From contig NIVC01000391.1 in the NCBI GenBank assembly GCA_002269645.1, positions 124,001 to 188,000 of the forward strand: 64,000 bases of DNA. Reading direction: 5' to 3'. The notes under the pieces are model-generated. The model saw nothing but the letters and a program-made list of their open reading frames with translations, had not been told where the DNA came from and searched no databases. Shown one piece after another: positions 43,311-55,000 of the stretch (within the stretch, counting starts at the first letter, position 1; each line of letters opens with the position of its first letter). Source of the stretch: Macrostomum lignano. Its lineage: Eukaryota. A program made the position numbers and the translations under genes.

Positions 43311-46300
43311 ATGGTAGCCAGTTGGCTGGGTGAAATCATGGACGAAATCACAATCGCCTACATTTTGTTCATTTTGGCGGTGCTGCCGCTGGTGATTTGG
43401 ATATTCCAGATGCTCTTCTTTGCCCTAGCCTGGTACACTTGGTAAGTTGGTAGTGTCGGTGGGCTGGCATAACTACTGGTCTCGGCCGTGGCCTCAGAAT
43501 TTGCTGGCAAAGAGCCCCCTGGTGAACTTTGAGCAGAGAGTTGGGCAGTGTTATAAGCGCCTTGAGCTGTGGCCAGAGACTGAGTAGTATTGGATACAAT
43601 TCATCACAGCCCTGTTCGAGGCAGCTTCTCTTGAAAAAGTCCAGCAACTGGACCTTCTCGCTTGCCATTTAATTTTTCCCAATTAATCTCGCCGCCAGCC
43701 TCTGGGCCTTGATCCCCTGCGTATATGCTTATATTAGTTAGGAAAATAGGGATTTCTCATTGGCATGTCGGAAACTGTTGCACTGTTAGCTAACAATACT
43801 TTTCAACAGTTACTTATTGCACTCTGCGTCTTATACGAAGTAACTAGACAGTGTAAGCTAAGCCTGCTTGAATGGCTGAACAAAATGGTTCGAACAAAAT
43901 CGGTCCAGCCATTTTTTCTCTAATCTATCACATATATATATATATAGACATCACATTTTTAGTATATAGGATTTGAGCACATACATATAAGACAAAAATG
44001 TACTCGTACATACGACTGAAGTGTTTGAGCAACCACCCAAATTAAATTTTCACATCTGCAAATTGCCCATTTCCACACCTGCCAAGTTCCCAAATGGCCT
44101 CAAAACCAAAAAGCCTGAGAATCGCCTAACACCACATCTGAGAGTTGCTCAATATGAGTAACACACCTGAGGGTCACCAAATACGAGTACCACATCTGAG
44201 GGTCACCAAATACGAGTACCACACCTGAAAGTCACCAAATACGAGTACCACACCTGAGAGTCATCCAATCCCACACCTTAGAGTCACCAAATACCATATC
44301 TGAGAGTCATCCAATCCCACACCTTAGAGTCACCAAATACCATATCTGAGAGTCATCCAATCCCACACCTTAGAGTCACCAAATACCATATCTGAGAGTC
44401 ATCCAATCCCACACCTTAGAGTCACCAAATACCATATCTGAGAGTCATCCAATCCCACACCTTAGAGTCACCAAATACCATATCTGAGAGTCACCCAACC
44501 CAATACCATACCAGAGAGTCACCCAACACCACATCTGAGGGTCACCAAATACGAGTACCACACCTGAGGGTCACCAAATACGAGTACCACACCTGAAAGT
44601 CACCAAATACGAATACCACACCTGAAAGTCACCAAATACGAGTACCACACCTGAGAGTCACCAAATACGAGTACCACACCTGAGGGTCACCAAATACGAG
44701 TACCACACCTGAAAGTCACCAAATACGAGTACCACACCTGAGGGTCACCAAATACGAGTACCACACCTGAGAGTCACCAAATACGAATACCACACCTGAA
44801 AGTCACCAAATACGAGTACCACACCTGAGAGTCACCAAATACGAGTACCACACCTGAAAGTCATCCAATCCAATCCCACACCTTGGAGTCACCAAATACC
44901 ATATCAGAGAGTCACCCAACACCACATCTGAGGGTCACCAAATACGAATACCACACCTGAGAGTCATCCAATCCCACACCTTTCGCCCAGTTCGAAACCC
45001 GAGAAATCATTAAAAAATCAAATGCCCACGAATGATGAAGCACCATGCCACGCCGCAATCGCCATGGCAACCGCACCCGAACCCGCAGCCGCCGCCACCT
45101 GTATCATCCGAAGACGGCCGGAGACGTGAAAGGCGACCTACCCGGCGTGTCAATCATCAAGCCCCTCATGGGCGTGGATCCCTTCCTAGAGGGCAATCTG
45201 GAGTCGCACTTCACTCTGCAATATCCGAACTTGGAATTGTTGCTATGCGTTCAAGACGAACGCGACCCGGTTATTGAGCTGGTGCACAAGCTGCAGACCC
45301 GCTTCCCGGACGTTGACTGCCAGCTGTTTGTCGGTAAGGCATTTTGTTCTGCTGTTAGATTAGCCTGAGAGTCCTCTCTCTCCCTGAGCAGCCTGTGCAA
45401 TTGAAGCCAGTTGGGCGTTGCCTGCTCGAGTCCGGCAGGCCGTGTGCCAGATATCAGATTGCCGATTGCAGAAGATCGAAAAGCTTCCTAGCCGAGCCCA
45501 AGTTCTGGCTCACTTTCTTCTTCAGACATTTTCTACACTCACTGCCACTCACTGCTGCTCACTGCCTGCCATTTCCACACTAATTCATTTCCACTTAGCT
45601 CTGATGCGCCAGCTAGTTCACGTCCGCATCATCATCCTGAAATCCTGTCTGCTTGTGACAGCTACAGCTGCCCGGCCACGCCCTTGCTTTGTGGCTGCCT
45701 TCCATCCACAACTTAGATCTATAAAATGAAACACTGCGTGAGCTCCACCCACCTTAGTACTTTTGCTTCCTGTGTTTGTACCCGTTAGGTGGGGAGGGTT
45801 GCACCATCTACAGTTGCTTGCAAAAGTAAGAACGCCCCAAAACTTTGTTTAGAAAAATAGCTTCATAATTCAGGAATGAAATATAAGCAATTAATGCGAA
45901 AATTAAAAAAAAATTGTTTAGTAGGTCAAATTTAAACAAAAATAGCTAAGATATGATTCGCGATCCGCCCTGCATCGCCCTTAAGAACACCGCCGTAAGA
46001 ATCATCGTATCACCTTAGGATCATCGCCATTAGAATCATCGCCCTTGGGATCATGGTCATCAGAATCATCGCCATATGATAATCGCCATTAGAACCATCG
46101 CCCTTGGGATCATCGCCATTAAAATCGTCGCCCTTGGGATCATCGCCATTAAAACCATCGCCCTTGGGATCATCGCCATTAAAATCGTCGCCCTTGGGAT
46201 CATCGCCATTAGAACCATCGCCCTTGGGATCATCACCATTACGAGTAGAACCATCGCCCTTGGGATCATCGCCATTAGAACCATCGCCATTGGAACCATC

Positions 46301-48620
46301 GCTCTTGGGATCATCGCCATTAGAACCATCGTCATTAGAATCATCGCCATTAGAATCCTCGCCCTTGGGATCATCGCCATTAGAATCATCACCATTAAAA
46401 TCATCGCCATTGGGATCATCGCCATTAGAATCATCGCCCTTGGGATCATGGTCATCAGAATCATCGCCATATGATAATCGCCATTAGAACCATCGCCCTT
46501 GGGATCATCGCCATTAAAATCGTCGCCCTTGGGATCATCGCCATTAAAACCATCGCCCTTGGGATCATCGCCATTAAAATCGTCGCCCTTGGGATCATCG
46601 CCATTAGAACCATCGCCCTTGGGATCATCACCATTACGAGTAGAACCATCGCCCTTGGGATCATCGCCATTAGAACCATCGCCATTGGAACCATCGCTCT
46701 TGGGATCATCGCCATTAGAACCATCGTCATTAGAATCATCGCCATTAGAATCCTCGCCCTTGGGATCATCGCCATTAGAATCATCACCATTAAAATCATC
46801 GCCATTGGGATCATCGCCATTAGAATCATCGCCCTTGGGATCATCGCCATTAGGATCATCGCCATTATCGCCATTCGCCCACTTTCCACAAGCTGCCTCA
46901 CGCGAACCAATCAGATCTTTTCACCCCCGTCTCCAACCTGCAGGCGGCAAGCCGGGCGTCACCAACCCGATGGTGCACAACATGGCACCGGCCTACGAGC
47001 GAGCCAAGCATGACCTGGTGTGGGTGTCCACCTCGCGCATCCGGGCCTCGACGGCCATCCTGCTGGACCTGGTGGCCAGCGTGCAGTCGGACCCGCGCGT
47101 GGCCATCTGCCACCAGCTGCCCTACATGATGAACGATGGAGTTGGCGGTATCGCCGCCACAGTTGAGAAGCTGGCATTCGGCTGCAACATGGGCAGGAAT
47201 TATTTGGCACTGAACCGGCTGGGCACCCACGTGTTCACCGGCATGAGCTACCTGGTGCGCAAGTCTTACCTGGACGAGGTCGGCGGCCTGGCCCATTACG
47301 GTTGCTACTTGGCCGAGGACTACTTCCTGTCGCAGGCGTTGCACTCTCGCGGCTACGAACTAGTGCTGAGCGCCTTTCCCGCCCAGCAGATGGTGAGAAA
47401 TGCTCTGGTTTCCTGGATTGGAAGCTGGCTATAACCTGCCAGGGACCTCTAGCTACCACCTAGACTGGAAGCGGACCTGATAGGTACTTCTATGTTCCTG
47501 GGCTGGGATTGGACATTCACTCCAGTGAACTCTAGTTACCTGGTCTGGGATATGACGCACCAGGGATTCTAGTTACCTGGATTAGAACCCGACCATATTC
47601 ACCACCAGCAGACCATGGACCTTTAGCTGCCTGGCTTAAGACATTACCTGCCAGGGACCTTAGGCTAGCTGGACTAAGACCATTAGCTATCTGATACCTG
47701 AATTGAGACCATGCCCGCCAAGGACCTTTAGCTACCTGGACTAAGACCATACCCGCCAGGGACCTTTAGCTGGACTAAGACCATGCCCGCCAGGGACCTT
47801 TAGCTACCTGTACTAAGACCATGCCCGCCAAGGACTTTTAGTTATCTGATGATACTCGATTGAGACCATGCCTGCCAAAGACCTTTAGCTACCTGGACTA
47901 AGACCATATCTACCAAGGACCTCTGGCTACCTGGACTGGAAGCAGACTGCAACAGCCCACCACAGAATCGTAGCGCCACAATCTTTAACTAGAAAGACAG
48001 AGCTGTGAAAGTGAGGATTTGGGATTTTTAAAACCCATAGATAAGTCGCAAATAAAAATGAAAAAAATTCCTCTTTTAAACCTTCATCTAATTAATTATG
48101 CATTTCTATATTATCTTCAATAATAGCTTTCCGTTTCTGGCTACTCTACTATATAAGTAGGCAACGCAGAGTTTTCTATTCGTTTTGCGCACAGGTTGCC
48201 GCCTCGTCAATCGCCGGCTACAAGGACCGCATGGTCCGGTGGTGGCGGCTCCGGCTCAACATGATGCCGCTGGTGACGCTGCTGCTGGAGCCCCTGACCG
48301 AGTGCGTGCCGCTCGGCGCCTACATCAGCTGGGCGGTGTACTACCTGTTCGACGTCAACCCCTACCTGGTGTTCGCCGTCCACTTCGTGCTGTGGATCTC
48401 GCTGGATTATCACCAGCTGCGGCTTATTCAGAACTCCCCGCTGCCGTTCCGGTTGCCCAATTTTCTGGCCGCCTGGTGCCTCAGGGAGCTGCTCAACGCT
48501 TTTGTCTATGTTGAGGGCCTGCTCAACCCGCGACGCGTCCGCTGGGGAAAGAATACCTACAGGGTGACGCTGGGAGGCCACACCACCCTGGTCACCACTG
48601 CACCTGTGCTGCCGCTGTGA
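43311..48620 (+). CDS. UGCG: Divergent ceramide glucosyltransferase-like (GT21) gene, ~416 aa; exons 43311-43441, 45089-45333, 46944-47392, 48195-48620
   Basis: N-terminal TM exon; GVSIIKPLMGVD, ELLLCVQD, HQLPY, GMSYL, LAEDY, RMVRW, EPLTEC; GT-AG sites with consistent phases (2,1,0). Confidence 0.92.
44150..44985. repeat. Minisatellite in UGCG intron 1 (29-bp CACACCTGAGAGTCACCAAATACGAGTAC plus a ~47-bp variant block)
   Basis: Direct observation. Confidence 0.92.
45995..46870. repeat. 15-bp-based minisatellite in UGCG intron 2 with a 395-bp higher-order tandem duplication
   Basis: ATCATCGCCATTAGA / ATCGCCCTTGGGATC units; the unique GGTCATCAGAATCATCGCCATATG marker recurs 395 bp later. Confidence 0.92.
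47540..47940. repeat. ~38-bp degenerate minisatellite in UGCG intron 3
   Basis: AAGACCATGCCCGCCAAGGACCTTTAGCTACCTGGACT-like units. Confidence 0.85.
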
Positions 48621-48734
48621 CCGCGTGCTCACTGCCAGCTACCAGTGCTGCCTGACTGTCCAATTGCGAACTCAAGTTCTTCCCAAGTCACCACTGGGCC
48701 TGGGCAAACTGGCTGTCCCCCCTGCACTCCCAAC

Positions 48735-49195
48735 TCCCTTGCCTCCCAGATCCTTTTAAACTCCCTTTGCCTCCCAGATCCTTTTAAACTCCCTTTGCCT
48801 CCCAGATCCTTTTAAACTCCCTTTGCCTCCCAGATCATTTAAAACTCCCCTTGCCTCCCAGATCCTTTAAAACTCCCCTTGCCTCCCAGATCCTTTAAAA
48901 CTCCCCTTGCCTCCCAGATCATTTAAAACTCCCCTTGCCTCCCAGATCATTTAAAACTCCCCTTGCCTCCCAGATCCTTTTAAACTCCCCTTGCTTCCCA
49001 GATCCTTTTAAACTCCCTTGCCTCCCAGATTCTTTTAAACTCCCCTTGCTTCCCAGATCCTTTTAAACTCCCTTGCCTCCCAGATTCTTTTAAACTCCCC
49101 TTGCTTCCCAGATCCTTTTAAACTCCCCTTGCCTCCCAGATCCTTTTAAACTCCCCTTGCCTCCCAGATCCTTTTAAACTCCCCTTGCTTCCCAG
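48735..49195. repeat. 28-29-bp minisatellite downstream of the UGCG stop
   Basis: AAACTCCCCTTGCCTCCCAGATCCTTTT units. Confidence 0.92.
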
Positions 49196-50534
49196 ATACC
49201 CAGTTGCTGGGCCAGCCTCCCGGATCTTCAGATTTGGCCCTTTCAACAGATAGAGTTCTAGCAAAATGTGAAGTTTTGTCTTCCAAAAAACAGAACAATT
49301 TGTTAGCAGATTGCGCAGAGCAGTCCAAGCGTAGCCCTAGTGCTAATTGAGACCACTTGCTTTACTACTCGGCTTTAGTAATTTCGCTAGTAAATTAGTC
49401 ACTGTGCGTGTAATTGGCCCATCGTTTTTCTTAGCCACTTATTAAAAAAAAGATTTTCGTTGTTTCGTTTTTAAAAATCTGGTTCTCTATTCGCTACTCA
49501 ATCAGGCTTAGTGCAAATTTTTAATCTCAGTTCTCGTGGCTCCGATTAGTGAAACCAAGAAGCGATTATTCTGACCTTGACCCGTCCCTGTTGCAGCCAT
49601 ACGATTGATATATTCATAAAGCCTGCAATTGTGTTTTATTTATTTACTGATTTATCAGCTCTGCGCAAATCAAGTCATTAAATTGCGAGTATTTTTGCTT
49701 CGCTCAGGTGTCGCTAAAATTGCTTTTTGCAGGCTATTTGAGCTTACGCGCATTCAATTTAATCCAAGATGCGTTTGCCAAAGTAACGGAGCTACTTTTG
49801 TCTATGGTAGAAGGCTGGCATTTGCTTTGGTCCAACAAGTATCAATTTAGTCCATAGCTTCATTTGCAACTGTTGTGGAGAACCGTTGTGTGCAAGATTG
49901 CTGAATGTAAAAGAAAAGATGGTTTGCAGCATCCATCAGCGCGTTGAAACCACTGCCGGGCTTGTTGGGCCAAATCAAAAGCCGCTGTGCCAGCCTTGCT
50001 ACCATAGACAAAAGCTCCAAAGGACCAAATGGGCTGCAAAGAGCCTCCGCCTCGAAGCTTTGGTGTCTCTTCCCTCTCTGTGCAGTCTGCATGGCTTCGC
50101 TCTGATTTATGACTATTATTATTATTATAGCAATGTTTATTACGAGGTATCTATACACAAGTCCGCTTGCTGTGACAGATGGGCTGATCTAATCTTCCGA
50201 TAAATTTTTGTGTGTGTCTCGTTTGTTGTTGTTTTTTTATCAATTATTGCAGTATTTGTTGGTTTATTGTTGAATTTTTATTAGTTGTATTTCGGCTCAC
50301 ATTTATGTTATTGAAAAGTCACGGTATTCACCTAATTGGGCTTCGCTTTTTGTGAAATTCACCTTTCTGACTGTATTAATATCGGTTCCTTGCTTCACCG
50401 TTTATTGATTTCCGCTTTTTAATTTGATCTGGCTGTCTCTCAACTTAATATTGTCTGTGCTCAGTGCTCTCGCTTTGACCAGCACACGCTTAGCTCACAG
50501 TGTCCATCCTAACTGTCTTATCGGTTTTGCGCTA

Positions 50535-51360
50535 GTGAGTGCGGTGTGATCATTGAATGTGACCGCAGTGTGATCATTGAGTGTGACCGCAGTGTGAACA
50601 TCGAATGTGACCGCAGTGTGATCATTGAGTGTGACCGCAGTGTGATCATTGAGTGTGACTGCAGTAATACTGAAGTGTGACCGCAGTGATACTGGGTGTG
50701 ACTGAAGTGATTCTGAGTGTGACCGCAGTGATTCTGAGTGTGACCGCAATGATACTGAGTGTGACCGCAGTGATACTGATTCTGACTGCAGGGATACTGA
50801 GTGTGACCGCAATGATTCTGAGTGTGACCGCAGTGATACTGATTCTGACTGCAGGGATACTGAGTGTGACCGCAGTGATTCTGAGTGTGACCGCAATGAT
50901 TCTGAGTGTGACCGCAATGATTCTGAGTGTGACCGCAGTGATACTGAGTGTGACCGCAGTAATACTGAGTGTGACCGCAATGATACTGGGTGTAATCGTC
51001 GTGATACTGAGTGTGACCGCAGTGATAATGAGTGTGACCGCAATGATACTGGGTGTAATCGTCGTGATACTGAGTGTGACCGTAGTGATACTGAGTGTGA
51101 CCGCAATGATACTGAGTGTGACCGCAATGATACTGAGTGTGACCGCAATGATACTGAGTGTGACCAAAATGATACTGAGTGTGACCACAATGATACTGAG
51201 TGTGACCGCAATGATACTGAGTGTGACCGCAATGATACTGAGTGTGACCGCAATGATACTGAGTGTGACCGTAGTGATACTGAGTGTGACCGCAATGATA
51301 CTGAGTGTGACCAAAGTGATACAGAGTGTGACCGCAATGATACTGAGTGTGACCGCAATC
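50535..51360. repeat. 21-bp minisatellite
   Basis: GTGACCGCAATGATACTGAGT units. Confidence 0.92.
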
Positions 51361-52239
51361 AATGAGACCAGTCAAACGCTTACCCCGCTTATCTGTATAA
51401 TTTGTCCATCTCTCAGGCCTAAAACATTAAAAACAGGTGTTTTCACCTATCGTGACGGGGACCCCTCTGCTCATACTCGCACTGTGTGAGTTTGTCTCAC
51501 CTTGTTTGTCGCTATTCGCATTTTCCGAGTTGCTTGAATTGCTGGCAAAGACGCACATGAATCATAATTAATCTTCCACTTTTTGATAATAATTATTTTT
51601 TTGATTTCTCTGTCACTACTGTGCAACTAACCGGATTAACTGTCCAACTGCTAAGAGTCATAAATCATATTTAACGTTATTTTTTTTTTAGCTAGCAGTG
51701 TTTAGCGACTGCACTGTTGCCGTATTTACAGAGTTGTTAACTTTCTCTGTACATAATTACCAAAATCATGTACTCATTTATTGTTAACGCAATTGGGTGT
51801 CTTGTCCCCGCGTAGTGCAATAAATATTCAAAACATATTTTCTTTATAATGAACTTTCGGGTGATTTGGTTCGGTGTGTAGCTTTTGCGATTTTTTTTGT
51901 ATTAAACGCGCCGCCCGCGCTGTGCTGAGAACAAAGACCCCCAACCCCCCCCCTTATTGAATTACTCAGTCCGAAAACATGCAGTCATTTGTTTTATTTG
52001 CTGGGCCAATTTTTGCTATCTATACCGCCAGATTTATATAGCTTAGAAGCTGTCTCTTTAATAAATGCTTGCGTAAGGCATAGCCACCGCCAATCACCGG
52101 CTTTCATCAATGCTTCTGATTGTTTAGCAATGCTGAGTGAAAAAAATACCTGTTTCAAGGCTTGTTTTAATAGCTTCACTTACTTCTAACAGAGAACTTT
52201 CAATTAGTTTAAAATTCTGTGAAAGGAAGGATTAACAGG

Positions 52240-52915
52240 TGCCAAAATGAGTGCCAACGGCGCCACAATGAGTGCATGCGGCGCCAAAATGAGTGCATGC
52301 GGCGTCAAAATGAGTGCCAGTGCCAGCGGCGCCACAATGAGGGCATGCGGCGCCAAAATTAGTGCCAGCGGCGCCACAATGAGGGCATGCGGCGCCAAAA
52401 TTAGTGCCAGCGGCGCCACAATGAGTGCATGCGGCGCCAAAATGAGTGCCAGCGGCGCCACAATGTGTGCATGCGGCGCCAAAATGAGTGTCTGCGGCGC
52501 CAAAATGAGTGCATGCGGCGTCAAAATGAGTGCATGCGGCGTCAAAATGAGTGCCAGTGCCAGCGGCGCCACAATGAGGGCATGCGGCGCCAAAATTAGT
52601 GCCAGCGGCGCCACAATGAGGGCATGCGGCGCCAAAATTAGTGCCAGCGGCGCCACAATGAGTGCATGCGGCGCCAAAATGAGTGCCAGCGGCGCCACAA
52701 TGTGTGCATGCGGCGCCAAAATGAGTGTCTGCGGCGCCAAAATGAGTGCATGCGGCGTCAAAATGAGTGCATGCGGCGTCAAAATGAGTGCATGCGGCGC
52801 CAAAATGAGTGCCAACGGCGCCACAATGAGTGCATGCGGCGCCAAAATGTGTCCGCGGCGCCAAAATGAGTACCGGCGGCGCTAAAATGGGTGTCTGCGG
52901 CGCCAAAATGAGTTT
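52240..52915. repeat. GC-rich 21-bp-based minisatellite with a ~240-bp higher-order repeat
   Basis: GGCGCCAAAATGAGTGCATGC / GGCGCCACAATGAG units. Confidence 0.9.
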
Positions 52916-53284
52916 CTAATCTGGCACTAATGTGTACTGTAGTATCCGATCGTATCTCCAAGGAAGAATTAATTCAGTCTACAAGATACATGTATGCCTT
53001 CCATTCCATATACTAAAAATGGTCTCTAACTAGAGTTGATTCGACCTACTAAAGTTGATAAGCACACAGACACAGTCGAGTGTGTGCTACTGTTTCATTT
53101 AGTGTGGAATTTTCGGTCTAGCTCGTAATTTAGGTGAGACTAGCAATCTTCGCCCCCCGTTGGGGGACATCTGTATAGAACCTCTGTTCTCTACAAGTAA
53201 CAAAAAGATAGCCAAAAAAAGGCTTCACAAAGAAAACAGACAAAATACTCAAAGGAAGTGCAATGCAAAAAGAAATTATCCCAA

Positions 53285-54305
53285 GACAGCAAGCATCCCC
53301 CAGATAGCAACCATCCCTCAGATAGCAAGCATCCCCCAGATAGCAAGCATCCCCCAGATAGCAAGCATCCCCCAGATAGCAAGCATCCCTCAGATAGCAA
53401 GCATCCCCCAGATAGCAGGCACCCCCCAGATAGCAAGCATCCCCCAGATAGCAAGCATCCCCCAGATAGCAAGCATCCCCCAGATAGCAAGCATCCCCCA
53501 GATAGCAAGCATCCCCAGATAGCAAGCATCCCCCAGATAGCAAGCATCCCTCAGATAGCAAGCATCCCCCAGATAGCAAGCATCCCCCAGATAGCAAGCA
53601 TCCCCCAGATAGCAAGCATCCCCCAGATAGCAAGCATCCCCCAGATAGCAAGCATCCCCCAGATAGCAAGCATCCCCCAGATAGCAAGCATCCCCAGATA
53701 GCAAGCATCCCCAGATAGCAAGCATCCCTCAGATAGCAAGCATCCCCCAGATAGCAAGCATCCCCCAGATAGCAAGCATCCCCCAGATAGCAAGCATCCC
53801 CCAGATAGCAAGCATCCCCCAGATAGCAAGCATCCCCCAGATAGCAAGCATCCCCCAGATAGCAAGCATCCCCCAGATAGCAAGCATCCCCCAGATAGCA
53901 AGCATCCCTCAGATAGCAAGCATCCCCCAGATAGCAAGCATCCCCCAGATAGCAAGCATCCCCCAGATAGCAAGCATCCCTCAGATAGCAAGCATCCCTC
54001 AGATAGCAAGCATCCCCCAGATAGCAACCATCCCTCAGATAGCAAGCATCCCCCAGATAGCAAGCATCCCCCAGATAGCAAGCATCCCCCAGATAGCAAG
54101 CATCCCCAGATAGCAAGCATCCCCAGATAGCAAGCATCCCTCAGATAGCAAGCATCCCCCAGATAGCAAGCATCCCCCAGATAGCAAGCATCCCCCAGAT
54201 AGCAAGCATCCCCAGATAGCAAGCATCCCCCAGATAGCAAGCATCCCCCAGATAGCAAGCATCCCCCAGATAGCAAGCTTCCCCCAGATAGCAAGCATCC
54301 CCCAG
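53285..54305. repeat. 18-bp (occasionally 17-bp) satellite
   Basis: GATAGCAAGCATCCCCCA units, highly homogeneous. Confidence 0.95.
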
Positions 54306-55000
54306 ATATTTAGGTGAGATTTCGCGGTGATTTTGGGTAAAATTTGTGCGAGATATCAAAAAGTTCATACAAATTCAAGTATGTTTTAAGAAAACCAATC
54401 TATAAATAAAAGTAGCCATGCTTGAATATATTTTGTTTTCTGATCAATCTTACAACTGAAACGCGTATAAAATGATTTATCAAAGCAATAAGAAAGAAAA
54501 AAGTTTACCGAATACAAAAGGCGCAGTTACTTTGGTTAGGTCTCCGAAAGTCTTTGAACCTAGTCTACGCGTTGTGTGGGCGGTATGCCAAATCAATATT
54601 TACGGTTAAGTTAGCCATAGGTTAAGGCAACTGATAATTTTCTAGCTGTAATAAAAGTATATCGTAAAATGGGAAAAATAGACGAATGATCGCTTCTTCG
54701 CTTTCTTTTAGTAGCTTACAAAGACTGGCTAACAATCTAAAGTACATGTAGAACTTACTCATAAAACAAAACAAATAACTATCTAATTAACTGATGGTTT
54801 TGTCGCAGTCACAGCTCAATATAAAGCTTTATATCTTTTTAGTCTATGGTCAAAAGCCTCGCGATTACCCTTTTCACTACAGATTCTCTGATTTAAACTA
54901 AAAATCAACCTGATCAACCGAAGGTTTTTCTGCCAGGATTCCGCCTTTTCTTTCCAACCAAGTCTTTGTACTCGTAGTTTAACTGTCCTGAAGAAATTTG

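Noticed and set aside
43369-43668. 99-aa minus-strand ORF MASEKVQLL..
   Set aside because: Overlaps UGCG exon 1 on the opposite strand; no recognisable domain.
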